Source: Candidatus Latescibacterota bacterium (GTDB taxonomy: Bacteria > Latescibacterota > UBA2968 > UBA8231). From it: 64,000 nucleotides of DNA. The notes beneath the pieces were generated by a model, which saw nothing but the letters and a program-made list of their open reading frames with translations, had not been told where the DNA came from and made no database searches. The translations under genes and the position numbers were made by a program. The first letter of the stretch is position 1, and every line of letters begins with the position of its first letter. This document shows, piece by piece, positions 9,024-18,913 of the stretch. The DNA lies in contig CBDCDC010000002.1 of the NCBI GenBank assembly GCA_965215195.1, positions 4,736,001-4,800,000 of the forward strand. Direction: 5' to 3'.

Positions 9024-11402
9024 ATGAAAATCACTTATAACTGGCTCAAGGAATACGTGGACTTCGACTGGGATTGGCCCGAGCTGGCCGAGCGCCTGAC
9101 CATGGCGGGCTTGGCATTCGAGGGCGTCGAAGACCTTGGCGCACGCTACGAGGGCGTCGTCATTGGCCGCGTCAACGCCTGTCGCCCACACGAAAGCGCC
9201 GACCGCTTGACCGTCTGCCAAGTCGATGTGGGGACCGGGGTCAACACCATCGTCTGCGGAGCGCCCAATGTCGCGGCCGGGCAAACCGTGGCCGTCGCCC
9301 TGCCCGGCACTGCGTTGCCCGGGGGCATGCGGATCAAAAAAGTCAAAATTCGCGGCGTCGCATCCGAGGGCATGCTCTGCGCCGAAGACGAGCTCGGGCT
9401 GGGCGATAGCCACGACGGCATTGTGGTGCTCGACGAGGACCTCCCGGTCGGGACTCCCTTTGCCGCGGCCACTGGGCTGGGCGACGTGGTCCTCGACTTC
9501 GAGGTTACGCCCAACCGCCCAGACTGCCTGAGCCTCTTGGGCATTGCCCGCGAGGTCCACGCGCTCACCGGCAACCCCTTGCGCTTTCCCAACGCACAGG
9601 TGCCCGAAAGCGGACCGGCCACCGCGGCAGACGTGCGGATCGACATCGAGGCCCCGGACGATTGCCCGCGCTACGTCGGCCGCATCGTGCGCGGCGTCGA
9701 GGTTGGTCCCTCGCCTCAGTGGCTCCAGCGCCGACTCCAAGCCGTAGGTCAACGCCCGATCAACAACATCGTCGATATCACCAACTACGTGCTGCTGGAG
9801 TTGGGGCATCCCCTGCACGCTTTCGACCTAGGCGCACTGGCCCAGCGGCGCATCGTCGTCCGGCGAGCGCGCTCCGGCGAGACCTTGGAACTCCTCGACG
9901 GCACCGAGTGTCAGCTCGACGAAGAGATGCTGGTCATCGCCGATGGGACGCGGCCCCAAGCACTAGCCGGGGTCATGGGCGGGGTCCATTCCCAAGTCTC
10001 GGCGACCACTGCGGACATTCTGCTCGAAAGCGCGTATTTCGCACCGTCGCGGGTGCGGCTGGCCCGGTCTCGCTTGGGGCTGTTCACCGAGGCGGCCACG
10101 CGCTTTGAGCGCGGTGCCGATTGGGACGCCCCGGCGCAGGCCATGGACCGCGCCGCTCGCCTCATCGCCGAACTGGCCGGCGGCGCGGTCGCCCCAAATC
10201 CTTTAGACGCGTACCCCCGCCCCAGCCAACGCCGCCAAATCCCGCTCTGCGTCGAGCGCACCAACCAGCTCTTGGCTACGGAGTTGGCTCCCGCCGCCAT
10301 CGTCCAGATTCTCGAGCGTCTCGGCTGCCGGGTTGAGTCGGGCGGCCCCCTCGCGGTAACGGCCCCGAGCTTCCGCCCCGACCTGACGCGCCCGGCCGAC
10401 CTCATCGAGGAAGTCGGCCGCATCTACGGCTTCGACCGCATTGAGGGCCGTCAAGAGGCGTCTGGGCCTTGGATCACTCGGCGCGACCCCGAGATCGCCT
10501 TTAGGCAGGTTGCTCGGCAGCGGCTCTTGGGCTTGGGTTTGGACGAGGTCGTCAGCAATGCGATCGTCGAATCCCGCTGGCTCGAACTGGCCGGTGCTGC
10601 CGGCCAAGCCGCCCGCTTGGCCAACCCGCCGACCGAAACCCAAGACGCCTTGCGCACCACCTTGGGGCCGAGCCTCTTGGATGTCGCGCGTCGCAACTTC
10701 AACCAGCGGGCCGCGGGGGTGGCCATTTTCGAGTTGGGCAAGTGCTTTGTCGCCAGCGCGGAAAAGGACGCAAGGCCCGGGGAAAGCTGGCACCTCGCAG
10801 CCCTGTGGTCGGGCCGGGTCTCAGCGTCTCCCTATCAGGCCGACGCCCGCGAGGCCGACTTCTTCGACCTCAAGGGCCTGCTCGAAGCGCTAGTGGGCGA
10901 GGGGGATCTCCGCTTTACTCGCGCCGACCGCCCCGAATGCCGCTCTGGGTACGCGGCTTGTGTTTCCCTCGGCGGCCAGCCCCTCGGCTGGTTGGGCCAA
11001 GTTTCGGCCGGCTTGTGCGCGGCATTTGATTTAGAGCGTCAAGTACATATTTTTGAAATATCGTTTGCCGCGCTAGTGCGCCATTGGCACGGTCGGGAGC
11101 GCTCGTTTGCCGCGCTTCCCAAGTTTCCGCCGATCGAGCGCGACTTGGCCGTAGTCGTACGCGCAGACACTGCAACCGCCGAACTCATCGCCACCATGCG
11201 AGACAGCGCACCCCGCCTCGTCGAATCCATCGAGGTTTTTGACCTCTACCAAGGGGACCAAATAGAAGCAGGCCACAAAAGCGTGGCTTTCGCCATTCGT
11301 CTGCGCGACCGCGAGCAGACCTTGCAGGACGCTCAGGCCGACGCGGCGATCTCCTCGATGCTCGAGGGCCTCGCAGCGCGGTTCGGCGCTCGTTTGCGCT
11401 AA
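9024..11402 (+). CDS. pheT: Phenylalanine--tRNA ligase beta subunit
   Basis: IVCGAPNV, TPNRPDCLS, DLIEEVGR, FDX-ACB C-terminus. Confidence 0.98.
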   Translation: MKITYNWLKEYVDFDWDWPELAERLTMAGLAFEGVEDLGARYEGVVIGRVNACRPHESADRLTVCQVDVGTGVNTIVCGAPNVAAGQTVAVALPGTALPGGMRIKKVKIRGVASEGMLCAEDELGLGDSHDGIVVLDEDLPVGTPFAAATGLGDVVLDFEVTPNRPDCLSLLGIAREVHALTGNPLRFPNAQVPESGPATAADVRIDIEAPDDCPRYVGRIVRGVEVGPSPQWLQRRLQAVGQRPINNIVDITNYVLLELGHPLHAFDLGALAQRRIVVRRARSGETLELLDGTECQLDEEMLVIADGTRPQALAGVMGGVHSQVSATTADILLESAYFAPSRVRLARSRLGLFTEAATRFERGADWDAPAQAMDRAARLIAELAGGAVAPNPLDAYPRPSQRRQIPLCVERTNQLLATELAPAAIVQILERLGCRVESGGPLAVTAPSFRPDLTRPADLIEEVGRIYGFDRIEGRQEASGPWITRRDPEIAFRQVARQRLLGLGLDEVVSNAIVESRWLELAGAAGQAARLANPPTETQDALRTTLGPSLLDVARRNFNQRAAGVAIFELGKCFVASAEKDARPGESWHLAALWSGRVSASPYQADAREADFFDLKGLLEALVGEGDLRFTRADRPECRSGYAACVSLGGQPLGWLGQVSAGLCAAFDLERQVHIFEISFAALVRHWHGRERSFAALPKFPPIERDLAVVVRADTATAELIATMRDSAPRLVESIEVFDLYQGDQIEAGHKSVAFAIRLRDREQTLQDAQADAAISSMLEGLAARFGARLR

Positions 11403-11434
11403 TCCCAACCCCAATCAGGAGTACAGCACCCCCA

Positions 11435-11716
11435 ATGGATGTAAACAAAACTTTTGAACGCCTTGAGCACCAAGTCAACCGCCTGACGGGAGTACTCGAA
11501 ACGCTCCGCAAGGAAAATGGCGAGCTGAATGAGCAGATACAGAGCCTCCAACAAAAAAACGACGGCCTACAGGCAGAGGTCCAAAGCCTCCAAGAAGAAA
11601 TCAGCGCCGCCCGCAGTGAGAACGAACAGTTCAAAAAGGACAAAGAAGCGGTGAAGGGACGCATCGAACAGATCCTCAGCCGCTTGGATAGCGCCGTCAG
11701 CACTGAGAACGAATAG
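11435..11716 (+). CDS. zapB: Coiled-coil cell division protein, ZapB-like
   Basis: All-coiled-coil 93 aa protein between pheT and zapA. Confidence 0.7.
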   Translation: MDVNKTFERLEHQVNRLTGVLETLRKENGELNEQIQSLQQKNDGLQAEVQSLQEEISAARSENEQFKKDKEAVKGRIEQILSRLDSAVSTENE

Positions 11717-11771
11717 CTCGGCAGGTCGAAGCGGCCCACCTAGACAAAGACGTCTGAAAAAGGGGTCTAGT

Positions 11772-12086
11772 ATGTCGTCCCAAGTAATTGTCAAAATATT
11801 CGACAAGCACTACACGCTAGGGGTCGATCAAGAGCACTCTGCCGAATACGTGCAGCAGCTCGCCCAGATGGTGGACGAGCGCATGCACGAGATCAAGCGC
11901 GAGATCAAAGGCGGCTCCCCACTGCAAGTGGCCATCTTGGCCAGTCTGAGCTTGGTGGAGGAACTCCTAGCCCTGCGGGAGGACTACGCTTCCGCCGAAG
12001 CCGATATCGCCCTGCGGACTTCTCAGCTCGCCACCTCGCTTGGGCACCTTTTCGCCGAAGTGGAAGTTCCCCGCTCCGATAGCTAA
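11772..12086 (+). CDS. zapA: Cell division protein ZapA
   Basis: V.IFDK.Y, YVQQLAQMVDERM, VAILASL; conserved pheT-zapA-rny synteny. Confidence 0.9.
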   Translation: MSSQVIVKIFDKHYTLGVDQEHSAEYVQQLAQMVDERMHEIKREIKGGSPLQVAILASLSLVEELLALREDYASAEADIALRTSQLATSLGHLFAEVEVPRSDS

Positions 12087-12165
12087 AGCAGTATGCTGAG
12101 CCGGGTTCGCCCCGTGCTCTGGTCCGATGCCCGAAGGTATCGAGACCAATGAGAAAGAGATCCCC

Positions 12166-13740
12166 ATGTTTAATGGGTTTGACTATATAATCCTAATCTG
12201 TTCTGCCTTCGCTTTTTTCGCCGGCGGCTGTCTCCTCGGCTGGCTCGGGAGCGAGCGGATGCGCAACAACAGACTGCGCAGCACCCAAGCCACCGCCGAT
12301 CAGATTGTCGCCCGCGCCCGCCAAGAAGCCGAAGTCCTAAAAAAAAACGCCTTGCTCGAAGCGAGAGACGAGTGGCACCGCGAGCGCGGCCCACTCGAAA
12401 AGGAGCAAGAGACGCAGAGGCACTCGCTGCGCGACCTCGCGGCCAAGCTGCTAGAGCGCGAACAGCAACTAGAGCGCAAAATAGACCTGCTCACGAGCAA
12501 GGAGCGCGAACAGCTCAAGAACGAACAGGACCTCGACCGCCGCGAGGCAGCCATAACTACAGCCGAGACGCGAGTGCAGGACCTCGACCGCGAGCAGAGT
12601 CGGCGGCTGGAAGAGCTGGCCGGCATCAGCCAGCAAGAGGCCCGGCGCATACTCGTCGATCAGCTAGAGGAACGCGCCCGCCAAGTCGCCGCCCGCAAAG
12701 TCCGCGAGATCAAGGACACTGCCATTGCCACGGCCAACCTCGAGGCCAAGGAAATTATCACCCGCGCCATCCAGCGCTTCGCCGGGGGGCTGACCGTCGA
12801 AAGTACGCTTTCGGTATTGCCCATCCCCTTCGACGACATGAAGGGGCGCATCATCGGTCGCGACGGCCGCAACATCCGCTCCTTTGAAATGATCACCGGC
12901 GTCGAAGTCATCGTCGATGATACCCCTAACATGGTCATGCTCTCGGGCTTTGATCCACTGCGCCGCGAGGTGGCCAGACACACCCTCGAAGCGCTCATCC
13001 GCGACGGCCGCATCCACCCCGGGCGCATTGAGGAAGTGTACGACAAGGCCCGCAGCACCGTTGAGGAGATGATCCGCGAGTCCGGCTCCAAAGCCGCCTT
13101 TGACCTCGGCATTCACGACTTGACCGAGCCGCTGTTGGAAATTCTGGGCAAGCTCCGCTTCCGCACCAGCTACGGGCAAAACTTGCTGGTCCACAGCAAG
13201 GAAGTCGGGTTCTTGGCCGGCATGATGGCCGAGATGCTCAACCTCGATGTGGTGCTGGCCCGCCGCGCCGGTCTCTTGCACGACATCGGCAAGGCCCAGG
13301 ACTTTGAGTTGGGCAACGACCTAGCACAGAGCAGCGCCGTACTGGCCCGCAAGTGCGGCGAAAGCCCTGAAGTCGTGCAGATCATCGAAACCCACAGCAA
13401 GCACACGCCCTCGCGCTCGGCCATCGCCGTACTAGTCGAAGCCGCCAACGAAATCTCCACCCACCGCCCGGGTGCTCGCAAGGAAAAAGTCGAGGAGTAC
13501 ATCCGCCGCTTGCACTACATTGAGGAACTCGCGGCCGACTACGTGGGCGTGAAGCAAGCTTTTGCCCTGCAAAACGGCAAGGAGGTTCGGGTCTTGGTCG
13601 ATAGCGGGATGGTGGACGACACGTATGCCGAACAACTCGCCGATGAAATCACCAGCAAGCTCGAGCAACAGCTCGAATACCCCGGGCAGTTGCGCGTCTG
13701 CATCATCCGCGAGATGCGCGCCGAGTCCTACGCGCGGTGA
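12166..13740 (+). CDS. rny: Ribonuclease Y (HD domain partly degenerate)
   Basis: N-terminal TM, coiled coil, KH domain KGRIIGRDGRNIR, GLLHDIGKA. Confidence 0.93.
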   Translation: MFNGFDYIILICSAFAFFAGGCLLGWLGSERMRNNRLRSTQATADQIVARARQEAEVLKKNALLEARDEWHRERGPLEKEQETQRHSLRDLAAKLLEREQQLERKIDLLTSKEREQLKNEQDLDRREAAITTAETRVQDLDREQSRRLEELAGISQQEARRILVDQLEERARQVAARKVREIKDTAIATANLEAKEIITRAIQRFAGGLTVESTLSVLPIPFDDMKGRIIGRDGRNIRSFEMITGVEVIVDDTPNMVMLSGFDPLRREVARHTLEALIRDGRIHPGRIEEVYDKARSTVEEMIRESGSKAAFDLGIHDLTEPLLEILGKLRFRTSYGQNLLVHSKEVGFLAGMMAEMLNLDVVLARRAGLLHDIGKAQDFELGNDLAQSSAVLARKCGESPEVVQIIETHSKHTPSRSAIAVLVEAANEISTHRPGARKEKVEEYIRRLHYIEELAADYVGVKQAFALQNGKEVRVLVDSGMVDDTYAEQLADEITSKLEQQLEYPGQLRVCIIREMRAESYAR

Positions 13741-14519
13741 ACATTCTCTTCGTCGCCGATATCTTTGCCCGGCCGGGTCGCCGGGTCGCCGCGGCCCTGA
13801 TTCCCGAGTTGGTGCAACAGCGCGACGTCTCTCTGGTGATTGCCAACGGCGAAAATGCTGCCGGAGGGTTTGGCCTCACCGACCGCATCGCGCACAAGCT
13901 GCACAGCTATGGTGCCGACATCATCACCAGCGGCAATCACGTCTGGGATCGCCGCGAGTTCATTCCGTACTTAGACCAGTCAGACCGCGTCCTGCGCCCC
14001 TTCAACTACCCAAAAGAGGCCCCCGGCACGGGTGCGACCGTCGTTGCCGTACGCGGCGGTCCCCCGGTGGCCGTGCTCTGCCTCCAAGGGCGCACCGGTA
14101 TGCCCACCATCGACTGCCCCTTCCGCACGGGCCGCGCCGAGGTTGAGCGCCTATACACAGAGACGCCCCTTATTTTTGTGGATTTCCACGCCGAAGCCAC
14201 GGCTGAGAAAATGGCCTTGGGCTTCTACCTCGACGGGCTAGCCACCGCGGTCATCGGAACCCACACCCACGTGCAAACCGCGGATGAGCGCATCCTGCCC
14301 AAAGGCACCGCGTACCTAACCGACGCCGGCATGACCGGCACCTGCGAATCCGTGATTGGCGTGCGTCCCGAAATGGCCATCCAACGCTTCCTCACCCAAG
14401 TGCCCACCCGCTTCAAGCCCGCCGACGGCAAGGCGGTCCTCTGCGGTGCGCTCGTCAAGGCCGACGAAGCAAGCGGCCGGGCCACCCGGATCGAGCGATT
14501 GCAGCTAGCTGAGCCTTGA
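13737..14519 (+). CDS. ymdB: YmdB-like metallophosphoesterase
   Basis: NGENAAGG.G, TSGNH, DFHAEAT.EK, GTHTHV, TDAGMTG. Confidence 0.93.
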   Translation: MNILFVADIFARPGRRVAAALIPELVQQRDVSLVIANGENAAGGFGLTDRIAHKLHSYGADIITSGNHVWDRREFIPYLDQSDRVLRPFNYPKEAPGTGATVVAVRGGPPVAVLCLQGRTGMPTIDCPFRTGRAEVERLYTETPLIFVDFHAEATAEKMALGFYLDGLATAVIGTHTHVQTADERILPKGTAYLTDAGMTGTCESVIGVRPEMAIQRFLTQVPTRFKPADGKAVLCGALVKADEASGRATRIERLQLAEP

Positions 14520-14544
14520 CCTCGCCCCTCCAGCGGCCTATTCT
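14516..14544 (+). promoter_or_regulatory. Sigma70-type promoter upstream of xseA
   Basis: TTGACC (14516-14521), 17 nt, TATTCT (14539-14544). Confidence 0.55.
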
Positions 14545-14611
14545 GGTGATTGGGAATTGCGAATTAAGCGCGAATTCCCAATTGATTCTCTCTTCTCCAA
14601 CCGGAGCATCT

Positions 14612-15856
14612 ATGTCCTTTCGCGAGCCGGTCTTCTGGACCGATGCCGAACACGCAGCCCACCGGCCCTACTCGGTCTCCGAAATCACCAGCCAAGTCAA
14701 GGGCCTGCTCGAGGAGAGCCTGCCCAAGTGCTGGGTTGAGGGCGAGCTCTCTCAGTACAACCACCACAGCTCTGGCCACCGCTATTTCACGCTCAAAGAC
14801 AACGCGAGCCAGCTAAGCGCGGTGATGTTCAAGTGGAAGGCCGGCTCGCTCTCCTTCAGCCCCCAACAGGGCATGCAGGTGCTGGTGTACGGATATATCT
14901 CCGTCTTCGAGCGCGGGGGGAAGTACCAGCTCTACGCCGAGCAGATCAAACCCGCGGGCGTCGGCGAGCTGGCCATCGCCTTTGAGCAGCTCAAAAATCG
15001 CCTAGAGGCCGAAGGGCTTTTCGCCGAAAACCGCAAGCGACCCCTGCCCCTGTATCCCCGCAAAATCGGCGTGGTGACCTCGCCAACCGGTGCGGCCATC
15101 CGCGACATCATCCAAATCCTCGAGCGCCGCGCCCCGGATATTGAGATCGTCCTCTGCCCCGCTCGGGTCCAAGGCGAGGGTGCCGCCGCTGAGATCGCCA
15201 AGGCCATCGCCAGCTTGAATCAGCTAGACGACATCGACGCGTTGATCGTCGGCCGCGGCGGCGGTGCTCCAGAAGACCTCTGGCCCTTCAACGACGAATC
15301 CGTCGCCCGGGCCATCTACCAGTCGCCCCAGCCCGTCATCTCTGCCGTCGGCCACGAGATCGATTACACCATCGCCGACTACGTGGCCGACTGCCGCGCC
15401 CCAACCCCCTCGGCCGCGGCCGAAATGGTCGCCCGTGAACGCAGTGCTCTGCGCGAGCGAGTCGCCGAGCAACAAGGCCGCTTGCTCGCGGAAATGGAGC
15501 GCTACCTCAGCTCCTTAGAGGAGCGGCTGCGCCACTGCGACCCGACCCGCCTGTGCGCACGCCTCGACGACCGCTTGCAGCAACAAAGCCTATACCTCGA
15601 CGAGCGCCGCCAAGCCCTTTCTACTGCTTTCGATTGGTTTTTGCGTACGCGGGTTGAGGCCCTGTCCAACGCCGCCACCCGCCTTGACGACCTCAGCCCG
15701 CTTACGAGCTTAGCGCGCGGTTTTGCCCTAGTCGAACACATCGCCAACAAACGCCTCGTCCGCGACAGCAATGAGCTTCAGCCGGGCGACAAACTGCAAC
15801 TGCGCTTTCGCCGCGGAGGTGCCATCTGCTGTGTGGAGGAGAAACTCGATGAGTGA
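14612..15856 (+). CDS. xseA: Exodeoxyribonuclease VII large subunit
   Basis: SGHRYFTLKD, VGRGGG, SAVGHEID, RAPTPSAAAE; ATG 14612 after GGAG. Confidence 0.96.
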   Translation: MSFREPVFWTDAEHAAHRPYSVSEITSQVKGLLEESLPKCWVEGELSQYNHHSSGHRYFTLKDNASQLSAVMFKWKAGSLSFSPQQGMQVLVYGYISVFERGGKYQLYAEQIKPAGVGELAIAFEQLKNRLEAEGLFAENRKRPLPLYPRKIGVVTSPTGAAIRDIIQILERRAPDIEIVLCPARVQGEGAAAEIAKAIASLNQLDDIDALIVGRGGGAPEDLWPFNDESVARAIYQSPQPVISAVGHEIDYTIADYVADCRAPTPSAAAEMVARERSALRERVAEQQGRLLAEMERYLSSLEERLRHCDPTRLCARLDDRLQQQSLYLDERRQALSTAFDWFLRTRVEALSNAATRLDDLSPLTSLARGFALVEHIANKRLVRDSNELQPGDKLQLRFRRGGAICCVEEKLDE

Positions 15857-16079
15857 ATCTTTTGAAGAATCCCTAGCCCTGCTCGAAGAGAGCGTCCAGC
15901 GCCTCGAAACAGGCGACCTCAAGCTCGAAGAGGCCCTCGAACTATTTGAAAAAGGCGTCGCCGCCTCGCGCGCCTGCGGCCAGTGGCTCGACCAGACCCG
16001 CGAGCGCGTCCAAGTCCTCACCGCCGACACCGAGGGCCAATTCCGCCTCTCCTTTCTAGACGACGGAGACGACCAATAG
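15849..16079 (+). CDS. xseB: Exodeoxyribonuclease VII small subunit
   Basis: FEESL..LE..V..LE.G.L.LEEAL.LFEKG. Confidence 0.95.
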   Translation: MSESFEESLALLEESVQRLETGDLKLEEALELFEKGVAASRACGQWLDQTRERVQVLTADTEGQFRLSFLDDGDDQ

Positions 16080-16100
16080 CAGCCCCTCGGCCTCGGCCCG

Positions 16101-17792
16101 ATGTTGACTCGCCTCTACATCAAGGACTTTGCCCTCATCGAAGAAGCGGCGATCGAATTCGGCCCTAACCTCAATGTCGTCACCGGCGAGACCGGGGCTG
16201 GCAAGTCCATTCTCATCGGTGCCCTCAACTCCATCCTCGGCGGCCCGGTCAACGCCGAGTTGGTGCGCAAAGGGGCTAGCGCGTGCGCGGTAGAGGGCTT
16301 TTTTGAACTCGACGACAAAAACCAAGTCGCGCGCTTGGCCGATCTGGGCGTTCTCTTGGAGGACGGGCAGCTCATCCTCCGCCGCGAGATCCGCGGCCAA
16401 GGCCGCTCGCGGGCCTTTGTCAACGGCCAAGGCCAGCCAATCAAGCAACTAAAGCAAATCGGCGCGATCTTGGTGGATCTGCACGGCCAACACGAACACC
16501 AATCGCTGCTTGACCCCAAGCTCCACGCCCACTTTCTCGACGCGTTTGCCGGCCTTGACGACCAGCGCCGCCTCGTGGGACAGCACTGGCGCACTTACCG
16601 CTATAGCGAGACTCGCCTCGACCGGCTGTACGCAGAGTGCGACGCGCTCGCGGCCGAAGACGCACTGCGCACCTTCCAACTCGAAGAGATCCGCCTCCTC
16701 GCGCCCCGACCGGGCGAAGAGGCCGAGCTGGAGCGCGAGTTGCAAGTCCTCGAAAACGCCGAGACCCTATCCGAGGGCGGCCTCCAGCTCTACGACCTGC
16801 TCTACCAGCGCGAAGGCGCGGTTTGCGAGGCACTCGGCCAAGTTCGTCGTCAGCTCGACCGGCTCCGCGAAATCGACCCTGCGCTCGGCCCCCAAGCCGC
16901 GGCCTTAGAGGAGCTGATCTACGAGGTCGAAGACTTAGCCGGCCAACTCCGCGACTACGCCCGTAAAATTGAGGTGCGCCCCGGGCGGGCCGACGAGCTG
17001 CGCGAGCGCCGCGATGGGCTGCGCATCCTCAAAAAGAAATACGGCGGCACTCTCGACGCCGTCCTAGAACGCGCCCGCGAGCTTGCGGTGCGCGAAGACC
17101 GCGCGGATCGCCTCCGCGACGAGCTGGCCAAAGCGGCTGAACGCCGCGATCGAGCACTCGCCGAATTTGCCGCCTGTTGCCTAGCCCTTTCTGCGGCTCG
17201 CCAGCAGGCCAGCGCAACCTTGTCGCAGTCGCTCATCGCCGCCCTCAGGGAGTTGGGCATGGCCAAGGCCCAGTTCTACATCGAGCTGGCAACCGCCGAG
17301 GACCCGGAGGGAGCGGTTGAGCGCGACGGGCGTCGCTACGCGGCTGGCGAGCACGGCATGGAGCACGTGGCCTTCCACATTTCCGCCAATGCCGGCGAAC
17401 CCCCGCGACCCCTAGCGCGCATTGCCTCGGGCGGGGAAATTTCGCGCGTGATGCTGGCCCTCAAGGAAGCGGTCGCCGGGCGCGACCTCGTTTCGACTTT
17501 GGTCTTCGACGAAATCGACGCTGGTATCTCGGGGCGCATTGCCGCGGCCGTCGGCCGCAAGCTACAGGTCCTCGCCGCGGCGCACCAAATCATCGTCATC
17601 ACCCACCTGCCGCAGATCGCCAGCCTCGCCGACCAGCACTTTTCGGTGCGCAAGCAGCAGGGGCCGCAGCGGACCACCACCGAGGTCGTGCGACTCAACG
17701 CAACGGCCCGCGCCGAAGAAATTGCCTATCTGTTGGCCGGCGAGACCATTTCGGATACAGCGCGCCAACACGCCCGCGAAATGTTGCAATAG
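16101..17792 (+). CDS. recN: DNA repair protein RecN
   Basis: TGETGAGKS, LHGQHEHQ, ASGGEISR, VFDEIDAG, ITHLPQIA. Confidence 0.97.
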   Translation: MLTRLYIKDFALIEEAAIEFGPNLNVVTGETGAGKSILIGALNSILGGPVNAELVRKGASACAVEGFFELDDKNQVARLADLGVLLEDGQLILRREIRGQGRSRAFVNGQGQPIKQLKQIGAILVDLHGQHEHQSLLDPKLHAHFLDAFAGLDDQRRLVGQHWRTYRYSETRLDRLYAECDALAAEDALRTFQLEEIRLLAPRPGEEAELERELQVLENAETLSEGGLQLYDLLYQREGAVCEALGQVRRQLDRLREIDPALGPQAAALEELIYEVEDLAGQLRDYARKIEVRPGRADELRERRDGLRILKKKYGGTLDAVLERARELAVREDRADRLRDELAKAAERRDRALAEFAACCLALSAARQQASATLSQSLIAALRELGMAKAQFYIELATAEDPEGAVERDGRRYAAGEHGMEHVAFHISANAGEPPRPLARIASGGEISRVMLALKEAVAGRDLVSTLVFDEIDAGISGRIAAAVGRKLQVLAAAHQIIVITHLPQIASLADQHFSVRKQQGPQRTTTEVVRLNATARAEEIAYLLAGETISDTARQHAREMLQ

Positions 17793-17799
17793 CCCGGCA

Positions 17800-18318
17800 A
17801 TGTTGGCCAATTTTCTCAGCGTTCTGCGGGTTCTGCTCGTCCCCTTCCTACTCCACTTCATCGCCCAAGGGCCGGCGGCCCAGCTCCAAGCCGTGCTCCT
17901 GCTGCTCATTGCCGGTGCCACGGACATCGGCGATGGCTGGGTAGCGCGGCACTACGACCAAGCCTCCCGCCTCGGCAAGATACTCGACCCGCTGGCCGAT
18001 AAAATTTTCCTCGCCTGCCTGCTCGGCGGGCTAGTCCTCTGGCGCGAGCTGCCGCTGTGGCTCTTGGGGATGCTCTTGGTCCGCGACTTGGGAATTGTAC
18101 TGGTGGGGGGGTTGCTCTTGCGTTCACAGGGACTGATTATTGCCGCCAACCGCTGGGGCAAATACACGACCGCCTGCATGGCACTTACGGCCCTCAGCTA
18201 CGTCCTCGAGGCCCCGGCCAGTTTGCGCACGGGATTAGGTATGGCGGCGGCGGCCTTGGTCGTCGTCTCCAGCTTGAGCTACGCGCAGATCGCACTCAGG
18301 CTCTTGCAACGGAATTAA
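17800..18318 (+). CDS. pgsA: CDP-alcohol phosphatidyltransferase (PgsA-like)
   Basis: D..DG.VAR....S.LGKILDPLADK motif; ATG at 17800. Confidence 0.85.
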   Translation: MLANFLSVLRVLLVPFLLHFIAQGPAAQLQAVLLLLIAGATDIGDGWVARHYDQASRLGKILDPLADKIFLACLLGGLVLWRELPLWLLGMLLVRDLGIVLVGGLLLRSQGLIIAANRWGKYTTACMALTALSYVLEAPASLRTGLGMAAAALVVVSSLSYAQIALRLLQRN

Positions 18319-18331
18319 ACGGAGGCGTGGA

Positions 18332-18481
18332 TCAGTTGGGCTGGATCAAGCACCGCCAGCGCAAATGGGCACGCTCGTCCAAGGCGCGACGCCGCACGTA
18401 GCAATTGATCATCTCCAGCACCTTGAGCCGCAAAGCCAGCTTGTGCAGGTCGATTTTCCCGTCTGATTCTCTGCGCGTCAC
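18332..18481 (-). CDS. Possible 49-aa small protein
   Basis: Manual translation MTRRESDGKIDLHKLALRLKVLEMINCYVRRRALDERAHLRWRCLIQPN with GC3-rich codons; GTG start, no clear RBS. Confidence 0.35.
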   Translation of the reverse strand: MTRRESDGKIDLHKLALRLKVLEMINCYVRRRALDERAHLRWRCLIQPN

Positions 18482-18547
18482 AGCCGAAAGGATGGGGGAG
18501 TAGTAAGTGGTCCGTGGATTATGCGGAAGGCGACGACGGCAAAACAG

Positions 18548-18913
18548 TTATCCGCTCAGCCATATCTTTTTTGCTTTTTGCTTCAATTGCCGTCGTTTCT
18601 TATATGCAGCGACTGAACAGACAACAAACAGAACAAAAAGCACAACACCACAGAATACTATTGGAAACGACGGGCCAGATTGTGCAATTCCGACGATGAC
18701 GCCTATGACGGCACTGGCAAGAACAGAAGCTAGGAGAGCCCGGAACTCATATTCATCAAGGGTAGCTGAATTTACCAGCTCGACTTCAATAGTCTCGGGC
18801 ACGGAAACCAGTATGTTGAGCCTTTCCGCAAATTTTGAACTGCTAGGAGGCGAGTTAGGATCAGCCTCATCATGCTTTGCATGAGATTCTGTGTCTTTGT
18901 TTGCTTCCTCCAT
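18548..18913 (-). CDS. Small two-TM membrane protein in AT-richer insert
   Basis: Two hydrophobic helices then basic tail; ATG overlaps upstream stop (TAATG). Confidence 0.7.
   Translation of the reverse strand: MEEANKDTESHAKHDEADPNSPPSSSKFAERLNILVSVPETIEVELVNSATLDEYEFRALLASVLASAVIGVIVGIAQSGPSFPIVFCGVVLFVLFVVCSVAAYKKRRQLKQKAKKIWLSG

Noticed and set aside
8622-9818. Long antisense ORFs (398 aa here, also 21688..22644 and similar)
   Set aside because: Shadow frames of well-supported GC-rich genes, with no recognisable motifs
12087-12165. 6S RNA gene
   Set aside because: Gap is only 79 bp, too short for the 6S structure
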